Assembly (NCBI GenBank): GCA_015067385.1
Contig: SVMP01000002.1
Coordinates: 1 to 43,612, forward strand
Direction: 5' to 3'
DNA length: 43,612 nucleotides
Source: Oscillospiraceae bacterium
Lineage (GTDB): Bacteria; Bacillota; Clostridia; Oscillospirales; UBA644
This document shows positions 1 through 8,874 of this stretch, piece by piece (the stretch's first letter is position 1; every line of letters starts with the position of its first letter). The notes beneath the pieces were generated by a model. That model saw only the letters and a list, made by a program, of their open reading frames with translations, ran no database searches and was not told where the DNA came from. A program made the translations under genes and the position numbers.

Positions 1-280
1 TGTCGGTGTTTTTGCCGAAGAGCTTCCCGGCTCAAATGACCTGAGAAAAGTCTGGGATTCCGTAAAACCGTTTTTCAGAGTTTTGGATGAAGAAGAACTG
101 AAAAAAAGCGGATGCGAAAAACTCGGTGAAAGCGAGCTGATGTTCGGTTGTCACTGTTCAAAACGCAGCGCTCAAAGAATAATTGAAACACTGCCGAAAG
201 AAGAAAGAGCTTCTCTCGGTCCGACAGCAGAAGTTGTATGTAAATTCTGCGGAAGAAAATACGAGGTGGAAAATGAATAA
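1..280 (+). CDS. hslO: 3' end of Hsp33-family redox-regulated chaperone (partial, begins upstream of window)
   Basis: Frame 2 is open from base 2 to TAA at 278-280. The C-terminal CHCS...(28 aa)...CKFCGRKY matches the Hsp33 CXC-Xn-CXXC zinc centre. Confidence 0.7.
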   Translation, partial: VGVFAEELPGSNDLRKVWDSVKPFFRVLDEEELKKSGCEKLGESELMFGCHCSKRSAQRIIETLPKEERASLGPTAEVVCKFCGRKYEVENE

Positions 281-1013
281 CAATCATCTTTTCTGTGAGA
301 TTCTCACAAAACAAACCTACGAAAAGCTCGTAGACTTTACCGTTGCATTTCCCGATGCGGACAAGATCTGCGCACCGGGTCAGTTCATCCATGTTCTTTG
401 CGGCGGCAAAACGTTCCTCAGACGTCCTATCAGCATCTGCGATGTAACAAAAGACACACTCCGTTTCATTTTTGAGATCAGAGGAGAAGGAACAAAAGAG
501 CTTTCCGAAAAAAATGTCGGAGATATTATCGACATGCTTGCACCTCTCGGTCACGGCTTTGAATTAACAAAAGACGATGAAAACATTGTTGCTATCGGCG
601 GCGGAATAGGTTGCTTCCCTCTTCTCAACGCAGTTAAGGCTTGCGGAAGCGCAAAGGCGATCCTCGGTTTCAGAAACAAAGAGGCTGTTTACGACAACTT
701 TATTGAAGATTTCGAAAACGTTTGTCCGGTAACCCTTATGTCCGACGACGGTTCGGCAGGCATCAAAGGCTTTACGACCCAAGGCCTTGAACAAATGATA
801 GCAAGAGGAGAAAAAATTTCAAAGATCATAACATGCGGTCCCATGGTTATGATGGAAAAGATCATCGATATTGCACAGAAAAACAATATCCCCTGCCTCG
901 CTTCTTTCGAAGAGAGAATGGGCTGCGGTATAGGCACTTGTCTTTGCTGCTCAACAAAAGTAAACGGACAAAGACGCTGTATTTGCAAAGAAGGTCCTGT
1001 TCTTAATTTCTGA
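273..1013 (+). CDS. pyrK: PyrK-family FAD/NAD-binding [2Fe-2S] electron-transfer subunit (dihydroorotate dehydrogenase B-type partner-like)
   Basis: ORF 183-1013. The likely start is ATG 273 (MNNNHLF), overlapping the hslO stop. It has RPISICD and GGGIG motifs and a C-terminal CGIGTCLCC...C cluster typical of PyrK. No pyrD is adjacent. Confidence 0.65.
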   Translation: MNNNHLFCEILTKQTYEKLVDFTVAFPDADKICAPGQFIHVLCGGKTFLRRPISICDVTKDTLRFIFEIRGEGTKELSEKNVGDIIDMLAPLGHGFELTKDDENIVAIGGGIGCFPLLNAVKACGSAKAILGFRNKEAVYDNFIEDFENVCPVTLMSDDGSAGIKGFTTQGLEQMIARGEKISKIITCGPMVMMEKIIDIAQKNNIPCLASFEERMGCGIGTCLCCSTKVNGQRRCICKEGPVLNF

Positions 1014-1150
1014 TAAATGCTCGGAGTGTTGAGATAAATCGTCTTAACGCTCCGAAATGATGTTTACAGATATTTTTTTACGGCAAAAAAACCGATAATA
1101 CAGCGTATATTCGAATTTTGTAACTTTTTTTCTAATATTTTAATTGCGTA

Positions 1151-1179
1151 TTGACAATATAGCGTTTTTATGTTATAAT
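1151..1179 (+). promoter_or_regulatory. sigma-A type promoter of the his operon
   Basis: TTGACA at 1151-1156, 17-bp spacer, TGtTATAAT at 1171-1179. It lies 59 nt upstream of the hisZG ATG. Confidence 0.6.
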
Positions 1180-1237
1180 ATACAAACTTTATTAAGATAA
1201 AGCGATAAACAAATAAAATTCAAACGGATTATAGACT

Positions 1238-2881
1238 ATGAAAAATATTGATTTTGGTCGTACAGACGGTCGCCGCGACTATATTTTCGGCGATGCAATG
1301 CTCAGACGAGAGATATGCGAAAAGCTTGTTCGTCTTTTAAGTGAATCGGGATACAAGGAAACCGTAACTCCGACAGCGGAATATTTCGATGTATTTTCCG
1401 CAGACCCCACAAGATCGATGGGAGACAATGTTTACAAATTTACCGATGAAAGAAACAGGCTCATGGCACTCCGCTGTGACTGCACTGTTCCGATAGCGAG
1501 AATTGCCGCGACAAAGCTTACGGACACGCCCCTCCCCTACAGACTTTTCTACTGTCAGAATGTTTTTTCCGCACCCAATGCTGCAAATGCGTTGACAGAA
1601 TCGACTCAATGCGGTGCCGAGCTTATCGGAACAGAGCATAAAAACATGATGGAAGCGGATATTGAGATACTTGAACTTGCGGCAAAAAGTATGCAGACTC
1701 TCTTCGGGCTTGACTTCAGAATTGAAATAGGTCACGGAAAACTGTTTACAACTCTTTCGGAGATGTATAACATCGATTCTGAAACTTCAGAAACGATACG
1801 AAAGCTCATCGAGACGAAAAACTTTGCGTCGATCGAAACGATGAAGATCCCGAAGCCGTTTAAAATGCTTCCCAAAATGTTCGGTACGGCAGACGACGTG
1901 GATCTGGCATCTTTGGACGTTTTTGCGAACGAAACGGGTTCAGATAAAATTCGTGAGATCATTGATTACATAAAAACACTCATTATCAAATTAAAAGAAA
2001 AAGGTTACGGCAAATGTCTTTCCTTTGACCTCGGTCTTGTCGGCAGACTTGACTATTACACCGGAATAATATTCGGCGGATTTGTAAGCGGTCTCGGTCA
2101 TGCCGTACTTTTGGGCGGAAGATACGACAATCTTACCGCTAACTTCGGAAGGGATCTTCCCGCAACAGGATTCGGTATAACTGTTGACGATATTTTCGAT
2201 CTTCTTAAAAACAGAAAAGAAGATGTTCAACCCGAAAAGCCGCTTCGTCCGATCAGAATAGCGCTCACAAAAGGCAGACTTGAAAAGAAGACCATTGAGC
2301 TTTTTGAAAAGAACGGTGTTGACTGTTCATCGCTCATAAACAAAGGACGCAAACTCGTTTTTCCGCTTAACAACGGTCAGTTTGAGGTCATGCTCGTTAA
2401 GAGCCGAGATGTTATAACATATGTTGAACACGGCGTATGCGATCTCGGAATAGTAGGAAGCGATACGATAACGGAATACGGCTCATCGCTTTACGAGCTT
2501 GCGGATCTCGGCTTCGGAAAATGCAGAATGGCATTGGCAGGAAATGCAAAATATAAAAACGACCCCGAAAATTTCTTCGGAGGTTATTCAAAGAAGGTTC
2601 TTGCAACTAAATTTGTAAACGCTGCAAGAAGATACGCCGCAGAGAAAAAAGTGGACGTGGAGATCGTAACTATCGAGGGATCGGTCGAGCTTGCTCCGAT
2701 ACTCGGACTTGCCGACGGTATAGTTGATATTGTTGAAACAGGTGACACTCTCCGTGAAAACGGACTTGAAATAATTGAAGATATTTTCCCTGTATCTGCA
2801 AGAATAGTTGCCAACGTAGCCGCAACGAAACTACGTAAAAAAGAAATAGATGAAATGTTATCCGGCGTATTGAAAGTATAA
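1238..2881 (+). CDS. hisZ-hisG: Fused ATP phosphoribosyltransferase regulatory subunit (HisZ, about aa 1-320) and short-form catalytic subunit (HisG, about aa 338-547)
   Basis: Single uninterrupted 547-aa ORF. The N-terminal half is HisRS-like (RLDYYTGIIF, GGRYD). The C-terminal part starts IRIALTKGRL and contains DIVETGDTLRENGL, typical of HisG. Confidence 0.85.
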   Translation: MKNIDFGRTDGRRDYIFGDAMLRREICEKLVRLLSESGYKETVTPTAEYFDVFSADPTRSMGDNVYKFTDERNRLMALRCDCTVPIARIAATKLTDTPLPYRLFYCQNVFSAPNAANALTESTQCGAELIGTEHKNMMEADIEILELAAKSMQTLFGLDFRIEIGHGKLFTTLSEMYNIDSETSETIRKLIETKNFASIETMKIPKPFKMLPKMFGTADDVDLASLDVFANETGSDKIREIIDYIKTLIIKLKEKGYGKCLSFDLGLVGRLDYYTGIIFGGFVSGLGHAVLLGGRYDNLTANFGRDLPATGFGITVDDIFDLLKNRKEDVQPEKPLRPIRIALTKGRLEKKTIELFEKNGVDCSSLINKGRKLVFPLNNGQFEVMLVKSRDVITYVEHGVCDLGIVGSDTITEYGSSLYELADLGFGKCRMALAGNAKYKNDPENFFGGYSKKVLATKFVNAARRYAAEKKVDVEIVTIEGSVELAPILGLADGIVDIVETGDTLRENGLEIIEDIFPVSARIVANVAATKLRKKEIDEMLSGVLKV

Positions 2882-2904
2882 AAAAGACAGATAGGGTTAT
2901 TAAA

Positions 2905-4182
2905 ATGCTTAAAAGATATTACGAAAACGACCTTTCCGCTTTCTTTTCTCAACTTGATGAAAAAAGAAACGTCACAGAGGCGGACGTTGCAAAAACAGTT
3001 TCCGAAATAATAAACGATGTAAAACTCGGCGGCGATGCGTCCTTAAGAAAATACACCGAGAAATTTGACGGTGTTTCACTTGAAAACTTCGAGGTTTCAA
3101 AGGAAAAGCCGATGGAAGCACTTGAAAGATCAAGAATCAGAGAGCCTCTTATCGCAGCCGCAAACAATATAAAAACATATCACGAACATCAGCTTGCGGA
3201 CGGATTTAAGATCGAATCCGAAAACGGCTGCGCTATCGGCAGAAGAGTATTACCCTTGAAAAGAGTCGGTGTTTATGTTCCCGGAGGAAAGGCGGCATAC
3301 CCGTCCTCTGTCTTAATGAATGCCATCCCCGCAAAAGTTGCAGGTGTTGAAGAAATAATAATGGTAACACCTCCCCCGAAAAATGAAGATGAAAACACGG
3401 ATATTCTTGCGGCGGCTGCTGTTGCAGGTGTTGACAGAATATTTTACTGCGGCGGCGCTCAGGCACTTGCGGCTCTTGCTTACGGTACGGAAAGCGTCCC
3501 CAAAGTAGATAAAATAGTCGGTCCCGGCAATATTTTCGTTGCAACAGCAAAGAAGCTTTTGTTTGGAACAGTTGACATCGACATGATAGCCGGCCCGTCC
3601 GAAATATGTGTTATAGCTGATGAAAACGCTCCCGACAGATTTGTTGCGGCGGACCTTCTTTCACAGGCAGAACACGATGAGCTCGCATCGTCCATTCTTG
3701 TTTGTTTCTCGGAAGAAAAGGCAAAAAGAGTTGAGGCAGAGCTTGAAAAACAGATCGCTGTCCTCCCCCGTTCAGAGATCATTCTTAAATCTCTCGCAAA
3801 CAACGGTGCCGTTCTTATCTGTAAAGATATGGACAGCGCAATTGATGCGGCTAACAAGATCGCATCCGAACATCTCGAACTTTGTGTTGAAGAACCTTTC
3901 AAATATCTCGATAAAGTAAGAAATGCAGGTTCGGTATTCCTCGGATACTTTTCTCCCGAACCTTTGGGGGACTATTATGCAGGTCCTAACCATGTTCTTC
4001 CGACATCGGGAACAGCGAGATTTTTCTCACCTCTTTCCGTTGAAAGTTTCACAAAAACAAGTTCATTTATATATTACACACAGTCTGCGCTTTCCGCGGC
4101 GGCTTCCGATATAACCGCAATCGCAAAAGCAGAAAGACTTATGGCACACGCAAACGCCATTGAAGTAAGGGAAGGTAAATAG
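2905..4182 (+). CDS. hisD: Histidinol dehydrogenase
   Basis: 425-aa ORF with HisD hallmarks (GGAQAIAALAYGT-like GGAQALAALAYGTES, SQAEHD, PNHVLPT). Confidence 0.95.
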   Translation: MLKRYYENDLSAFFSQLDEKRNVTEADVAKTVSEIINDVKLGGDASLRKYTEKFDGVSLENFEVSKEKPMEALERSRIREPLIAAANNIKTYHEHQLADGFKIESENGCAIGRRVLPLKRVGVYVPGGKAAYPSSVLMNAIPAKVAGVEEIIMVTPPPKNEDENTDILAAAAVAGVDRIFYCGGAQALAALAYGTESVPKVDKIVGPGNIFVATAKKLLFGTVDIDMIAGPSEICVIADENAPDRFVAADLLSQAEHDELASSILVCFSEEKAKRVEAELEKQIAVLPRSEIILKSLANNGAVLICKDMDSAIDAANKIASEHLELCVEEPFKYLDKVRNAGSVFLGYFSPEPLGDYYAGPNHVLPTSGTARFFSPLSVESFTKTSSFIYYTQSALSAAASDITAIAKAERLMAHANAIEVREGK

Positions 4183-4184
4183 AA

Positions 4185-5249
4185 ATGGTCTTCGGAAAAA
4201 AATTGAACGGCGCTGAAGAATATATTCCTTTTAAATATGAGCCGGGAATGATACGTCTTGACGCAAACGAAAGCTACGCCGACATGCCCGATGAAATGAA
4301 AAATAAAGTTCTTGCCGAAATAAATGCTCAAGCATTCAACAGGTATCCTGACCCTGCGGCTTCGGCGCTTTGCAAGGCTTTTGCGGATTATTACGGTATT
4401 TTTGCATCTAACGTCGTAGCGGGAAACGGAAGCGATGAACTTATTTCCATAATATTCTCTGCGCTTTTACCGAAGCATTCCAAAGTTCTGATCCTTACCC
4501 CCGATTTTTCCATGTATAAAATATATGCAAATCTCTACGAACAGAGTGTTTGCACGGTTGAAAAAGACAATGACCTTAACATAACGGCTCAGGCAGTCAT
4601 CGAGGCAGCCAAGAAATACAGCGTTGATTTTATTATTTTCTCAAATCCCTGCAATCCAACCGGACAGGGAATGAAAGCAGAAGATATCGAGACGATCGTT
4701 TCTTCCGTAAATTGCGCTGTTTGCGTTGATGAGGCATATATGGAATTTTGGGCAGAAAATGAAACCGTTATGCCGCTGATAAATAAATATGAAAACCTAT
4801 TGATTCTGAAAACATGCTCAAAAGCATTCGGAATGGCAGGTTTCAGACTCGGATTTGTTATTGCAAACGAAAATATTATATCAATGTTCCGAAAAGCGAA
4901 AAGTCCGTATAATGTTAATTCCCTTTCTCAAGCGGCAGGGCTTGCGGCGCTCAAAAACAGAGAATATCTCAAAAACATGACGGCTCAGATAATTTCAAGA
5001 AAAGAAAAGCTTTACAATGCGCTCAAAGAGCTGGAATCGCCCGTATTCCGTGTGTTTGACACAAAAACGAATTTCGTAACCGTTCAAACACCGATGGCAA
5101 AGGAGCTTTATTCGTATCTTGTTAAAAACAATATCATTGTACGTTATTCATCTCCCGATTATCTGCGTATAACAGCAGGCACGCGAGGCGAAAACGATCA
5201 GCTAATAAGTAAATTGGAGGCGGCACTCGGTGAGACAAGAGTTCATTAA
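4185..5249 (+). CDS. hisC: Histidinol-phosphate aminotransferase (class II PLP aminotransferase)
   Basis: 354-aa ORF with NPCNPTG and a CSKAFGMAGFRLG PLP-lysine region. It sits in the his operon, with RBS GGGAAGG upstream. Confidence 0.9.
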   Translation: MVFGKKLNGAEEYIPFKYEPGMIRLDANESYADMPDEMKNKVLAEINAQAFNRYPDPAASALCKAFADYYGIFASNVVAGNGSDELISIIFSALLPKHSKVLILTPDFSMYKIYANLYEQSVCTVEKDNDLNITAQAVIEAAKKYSVDFIIFSNPCNPTGQGMKAEDIETIVSSVNCAVCVDEAYMEFWAENETVMPLINKYENLLILKTCSKAFGMAGFRLGFVIANENIISMFRKAKSPYNVNSLSQAAGLAALKNREYLKNMTAQIISRKEKLYNALKELESPVFRVFDTKTNFVTVQTPMAKELYSYLVKNNIIVRYSSPDYLRITAGTRGENDQLISKLEAALGETRVH

Positions 5250-5811
5250 CAGGCAGACTGCTGAAACACGTATCTCTATCAATCTTTCGCTTGACGGAAC
5301 AGGTTCTTTCGACGGTTCTTCCGGCATCGGTTTTTTTGACCATATGCTTAATTCCTTTGCAATCCATGGCGGTTTCGACATCGTTTTAAGTGCCAAAGGC
5401 GACTTGAATGTTGACTGTCACCACACAGTTGAAGACATCGGGATCGTTCTCGGTAAAGCATTCCACGGTGCGCTCGGCGATAAATGCGGTATAACACGTT
5501 TCGGAAGTTCGGCAATACCGATGGACGAAGCGCTTGCAAGAGCAGTCGTTGATATTTCGGGAAGACCGTATCTTGTTTTCGATGCAAAATTCGAAGAAGA
5601 AAAGGTCGGGGAATTCGACACATGCATGACCGAAGAATTTTTCCGAGCATTTGCATTTAATGCGGGAATGACGCTTCATATGTCGTTACTTTACGGAAAA
5701 AATTCTCATCACTGCATTGAAGCTCTCTTCAAAGCAGCCGCACATGCCCTTAAAAATGCCGTAAAAATTGAAGGCGACACAATTCTGAGTGCGAAGGACG
5801 TTCTTGAATGA
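5230..5811 (+). CDS. hisB: Imidazoleglycerol-phosphate dehydratase (monofunctional, no phosphatase domain)
   Basis: 193-aa ORF with a GTG start after GGAGG. It has TAETRISINLSLDG and HHTVEDIGI motifs. Confidence 0.95.
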   Translation: MRQEFINRQTAETRISINLSLDGTGSFDGSSGIGFFDHMLNSFAIHGGFDIVLSAKGDLNVDCHHTVEDIGIVLGKAFHGALGDKCGITRFGSSAIPMDEALARAVVDISGRPYLVFDAKFEEEKVGEFDTCMTEEFFRAFAFNAGMTLHMSLLYGKNSHHCIEALFKAAAHALKNAVKIEGDTILSAKDVLE

Positions 5812-6443
5812 AATTAGCAATAATAGATTACGGAGCGGGTAATCTCCGTTCTGTTGTAAAGGCTTTTAACTTTATAGGCGAGGATTGCGTTGTAACATCT
5901 GACAGAGAAACGATCCATTCCTGTTCGGGAATAGTATTGCCGGGTGTCGGCGCATTCAGAGAAGCAGTAAATAAGCTTGAAGCAAAAGGTCTTTGCGACA
6001 TATTGAAAAAAGAAGCCGAAAGCGGAAAAGCACTTTTCGGCATTTGCCTCGGAATGCAGCTTCTTTTCGACGAAAGTTACGAATTCGGTCACACCGACGG
6101 ACTCGGCTTTATAAACGGTTCTGTTGAAAAGATCGATACAAACGGAGCAGATCTCAAAATTCCGCACATCGGTTGGAATACGCTGAAATTCAACGAGAAA
6201 TCGAATCTGTTCAGCGGCATAGAAGATAATTCTTACGTTTATTTCGTTCACTCTTTCGCGGCAAAAACAGACAGCAAAAACGTCACGGCTTACACAGACT
6301 ACGGTACGGCAGTTGTTGCGGCGGCAGAAAATAAAAATGTTTGCGGCACACAGTTTCATCCTGAAAAGAGCGGTGAAGTCGGTTTAAAAATATTAAAAAA
6401 TTTCTGTAATACGGTGCGTCATGATAATTTTACCTGCAATTGA
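5808..6443 (+). CDS. hisH: Imidazole glycerol phosphate synthase, glutamine amidotransferase subunit
   Basis: 211-aa ORF with GICLGMQ (catalytic Cys) and FHPEKS motifs. Its start overlaps the hisB stop. Confidence 0.95.
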   Translation: MKLAIIDYGAGNLRSVVKAFNFIGEDCVVTSDRETIHSCSGIVLPGVGAFREAVNKLEAKGLCDILKKEAESGKALFGICLGMQLLFDESYEFGHTDGLGFINGSVEKIDTNGADLKIPHIGWNTLKFNEKSNLFSGIEDNSYVYFVHSFAAKTDSKNVTAYTDYGTAVVAAAENKNVCGTQFHPEKSGEVGLKILKNFCNTVRHDNFTCN

Positions 6444-7137
6444 TGTAAAAGACGGTCAGTGCGTCCGTCTGCTTCGCGGTGAATTCGGAACGGTACACAA
6501 GGTTGCCGAAAGTCCGAAGAAATCCGCAGAAAATTTCATATCCGCAAATGCGGAATTTCTGCATGTTGTTGACCTTGACGGTGCGCTTGAAAAAAAGCCC
6601 GTCAACTTTGAAACAGTAAAGCAGATCATATCTCTCGGCACCCCGATCGAGATCGGCGGCGGAATTCGTTCGGAAAAAGATTTTGAAATGTATGCCGAAT
6701 TAGGTGCCAAGAGAATAATCCTCGGCTCCGTTGCATTAACAAACAAGGCTCTCGTTAAACGCTGTGCAGAAAAATATCCTGAGCTTACGGCTGTCGGAAT
6801 CGATGCAAAGGACGGATTTGTTTCAACAGAGGGTTGGCTCGAAAACGGAACCGTCAGATTTACGGACCTTGCAAAAGAGATGGAATCTATCGGTGTTAAA
6901 TACGTTATTTTTACGGATATTTCACGAGACGGAACGCTCGGCGGACCGAATCTCGATCAACTTTCAGAGCTTAAAAATGCCGTAAAAATGAATATTATTG
7001 CATCGGGCGGTATGAGGGATATAGGAGACGTTAAGGCATGTAAAGAATTGGGCCTTTACGGTGCTATCTGCGGAAAATCACTTTACGCAGGAACTCTTGA
7101 TCTCAGGGAGGCGATAGAATGCTCGCAAAAAGAATAA
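6421..7137 (+). CDS. hisA: ProFAR isomerase
   Basis: 238-aa ORF with [17 protein letters not shown] and GGGIRS motifs. Confidence 0.95.
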   Translation: MIILPAIDVKDGQCVRLLRGEFGTVHKVAESPKKSAENFISANAEFLHVVDLDGALEKKPVNFETVKQIISLGTPIEIGGGIRSEKDFEMYAELGAKRIILGSVALTNKALVKRCAEKYPELTAVGIDAKDGFVSTEGWLENGTVRFTDLAKEMESIGVKYVIFTDISRDGTLGGPNLDQLSELKNAVKMNIIASGGMRDIGDVKACKELGLYGAICGKSLYAGTLDLREAIECSQKE

Positions 7138-7922
7138 TTCCGTGCCTCGATATAAAAGACGGCAAGGTCGTTAAAGGAACAAACTTTGTCGGGCTTCGAG
7201 ATGTCGGTGACCCGGTAGAGATAGCAAGAAGATATAACGAACAGGGTGCTGACGAGATCGTTTTTCTCGATATTACGGCTTCACATGAAAACCGCGGAAC
7301 ACTCCTTGACGTTATAGAAAGAACTGCGAGCGAGGTATTTTTACCCGTTACCGTAGGCGGCGGAATCAGAACAACTGACGACATCAGGGAAATACTCCGT
7401 GTCGGCGCAGATAAGATATCGATAAACTCAGCGGCAGTAAAAGATAAAACTTTGATCTCAAAAGCGGCAGACATGTTCGGATCTCAGTGCGTTGTTGTTG
7501 CGATAGACGTTAAACGAATCCCATCAAAAGAAAACTATAACGGAGTTTTTCCAACCGATTTCGGAACATCTCCCGAAGATTTTCATGTCGTTATCCACGG
7601 TGGACGCACAGACACGGGAATTAACGCAATAGAATGGGCAAAAGAAGTGGAAAAGCTCGGTGCAGGCGAAATTCTGCTGACATCGATGGATACAGACGGC
7701 GTAAAAAAAGGATTTGACCTTGAAATAACAAAAATAATTTCAGATGCGGTTTCCATTCCGGTCATAGCGTCGGGCGGATGCGGCTCACTCGAAGATTTTT
7801 ACGATGTTTTTGCTCAAACAGATGCATCGGCAGCGCTTGCGGCTTCTCTGTTCCATTTCGGAGAGCTTTCCGTGCCGCAGGTTAAAAACTATCTAAAAGA
7901 AAAGGGAATACCGGCAAGATGA
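7119..7922 (+). CDS. hisF: Imidazole glycerol phosphate synthase, cyclase subunit
   Basis: 267-aa ORF with [23 protein letters not shown] and ASGG motifs. Confidence 0.95.
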   Translation: MLAKRIIPCLDIKDGKVVKGTNFVGLRDVGDPVEIARRYNEQGADEIVFLDITASHENRGTLLDVIERTASEVFLPVTVGGGIRTTDDIREILRVGADKISINSAAVKDKTLISKAADMFGSQCVVVAIDVKRIPSKENYNGVFPTDFGTSPEDFHVVIHGGRTDTGINAIEWAKEVEKLGAGEILLTSMDTDGVKKGFDLEITKIISDAVSIPVIASGGCGSLEDFYDVFAQTDASAALAASLFHFGELSVPQVKNYLKEKGIPAR

Positions 7923-8245
7923 ATTGGGAAGATAAAATTTTTGACGGCAGAGATCTTGTTCCCGCAATAATAACGGATTGCGAAAACGGCGAGGTTCTCA
8001 TGCTTGCATATATGAACAGAGAATCTTTTCTCAAAACGCTTGAAACAGGGAAAACATGGTTCTTTTCCCGTTCCAGACAGTCTCTTTGGAACAAAGGAGA
8101 AACAAGCGGTCATTTTCAGTTTGTAAAATCGATCAAATGCGATTGCGATAACGATACAATTCTTATTTCCGTTGAACAAATAGGACCTGCATGCCACACC
8201 GGCTCACGCAGTTGCTTTTTCAACACGATTCTGGAGGAAAAATGA
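7919..8245 (+). CDS. hisI: Phosphoribosyl-AMP cyclohydrolase (separate from hisE)
   Basis: 108-aa ORF with the [17 protein letters not shown] and [10 protein letters not shown]...GPACHTG motif set. Confidence 0.9.
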   Translation: MNWEDKIFDGRDLVPAIITDCENGEVLMLAYMNRESFLKTLETGKTWFFSRSRQSLWNKGETSGHFQFVKSIKCDCDNDTILISVEQIGPACHTGSRSCFFNTILEEK

Positions 8246-8592
8246 AAGATACATTCAGCGAACTTTACGAAGTTGTAATGTCAAGAAAAGAAGAAAAGCA
8301 GGAAGGTTCTTATACCTGTTATCTTTTTGAAAAAGGACTTGACAAAATATTAAAAAAGGTCGGAGAAGAATGCTCCGAAACAATTATTGCAGCAAAAAAT
8401 GCGGATATGTTCAAAGACGATGCTGATAAAAAAAGCGATCTCATCGGAGAGATCAGCGATCTTTACTATCACATAGCCGTAATGATGGCTCAAGTCGGTA
8501 TCACACCTGAGGATGTTAATGCGGAGCTTGAAAAGAGATCACTCAAAACAGGCAATCTCAAAAAGTTCCATACAACAGACAAGAATACCTGA
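8242..8592 (+). CDS. hisE: Phosphoribosyl-ATP pyrophosphohydrolase
   Basis: The track ORF is 8191-8592. The likely start is ATG 8242 (ATGA overlap with the hisI stop, GGAGGA at 8233-8238). It is MazG-like ([10 protein letters not shown]...EISDLYYH). Confidence 0.85.
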   Translation: MKDTFSELYEVVMSRKEEKQEGSYTCYLFEKGLDKILKKVGEECSETIIAAKNADMFKDDADKKSDLIGEISDLYYHIAVMMAQVGITPEDVNAELEKRSLKTGNLKKFHTTDKNT

Positions 8593-8626
8593 TTGTGTCA
8601 AAATTGTAAAATCGGATTTTTAGGTA

Positions 8627-8655
8627 TTGACAACACGATTTTTTTGTGCTATATT
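8627..8655 (+). promoter_or_regulatory. sigma-A type promoter of the aro leader/operon
   Basis: TTGACA at 8627-8632, 17-bp spacer, TGcTATATT at 8647-8655. Confidence 0.6.
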
Positions 8656-8686
8656 AAACGCATAATTATTCATAAGGAGAAACGTA

Positions 8687-8797
8687 ATGAACAGAGCACT
8701 CAGAGCAGCTGAATATTTTTACTATGGTTTTGCATTTTACTTTAGCAAAGCTTTTTTGTGTTTGGCTGAAAAAGGTGTTACGGGTTCTGAGCGTTAA
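8687..8797 (+). CDS. Candidate 36-aa Phe/Tyr-rich leader peptide (MNRALRAAEYFYYGFAFYFSKAFLCLAEKGVTGSER)
   Basis: AAGGAGA at 8674-8680 lies 6 nt before ATG 8687. Codons 10-23 hold 4 Tyr and 5 Phe. TAA is at 8795-8797. It sits between a promoter and a terminator upstream of DAHP synthase. It is too short for the 60-aa ORF track. Confidence 0.6.
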   Translation: MNRALRAAEYFYYGFAFYFSKAFLCLAEKGVTGSER

Positions 8798-8824
8798 GCT
8801 CCAAACTTATTCGTATATTATTTA

Positions 8825-8860
8825 CCTCACAGCTGAACACGCTGTGAGGTTTTCGTATTT
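8825..8860 (+). terminator. Intrinsic terminator (attenuator) in the aro leader
   Basis: CCTCACAGC (8825-8833) pairs with GCTGTGAGG (8841-8849) around a 7-nt loop. TTTTCGTATTT follows, immediately before the aroF RBS AGGAGG at 8861-8866. Confidence 0.7.
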
Positions 8861-8874
8861 AGGAGGAAAAAACA

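Noticed and set aside
75-554. 159-aa minus-strand ORF, plus similar antisense ORFs (e.g. 9804-10445, 16583-17227, 5814-6359, 25926-26489, 26856-27395)
   Set aside because: All are antisense to strongly supported biosynthetic genes, lack an RBS, and have atypical composition.
1021-1063. Terminator after the pyrK-like gene (TCGGAGTGTT/AACGCTCCGA stem)
   Set aside because: The 10-bp stem (with one G-T pair) is real, but the loop is 13 nt and no T-tract follows. That is not enough to call an intrinsic terminator.
8656-8874. T-box riboswitch upstream of the aro operon
   Set aside because: The leader is only about 200 nt. It lacks the conserved T-box sequence (AATTAGGGTGGTACCGCG-like) and a specifier-loop architecture. 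The short translated F/Y-rich ORF explains it better.
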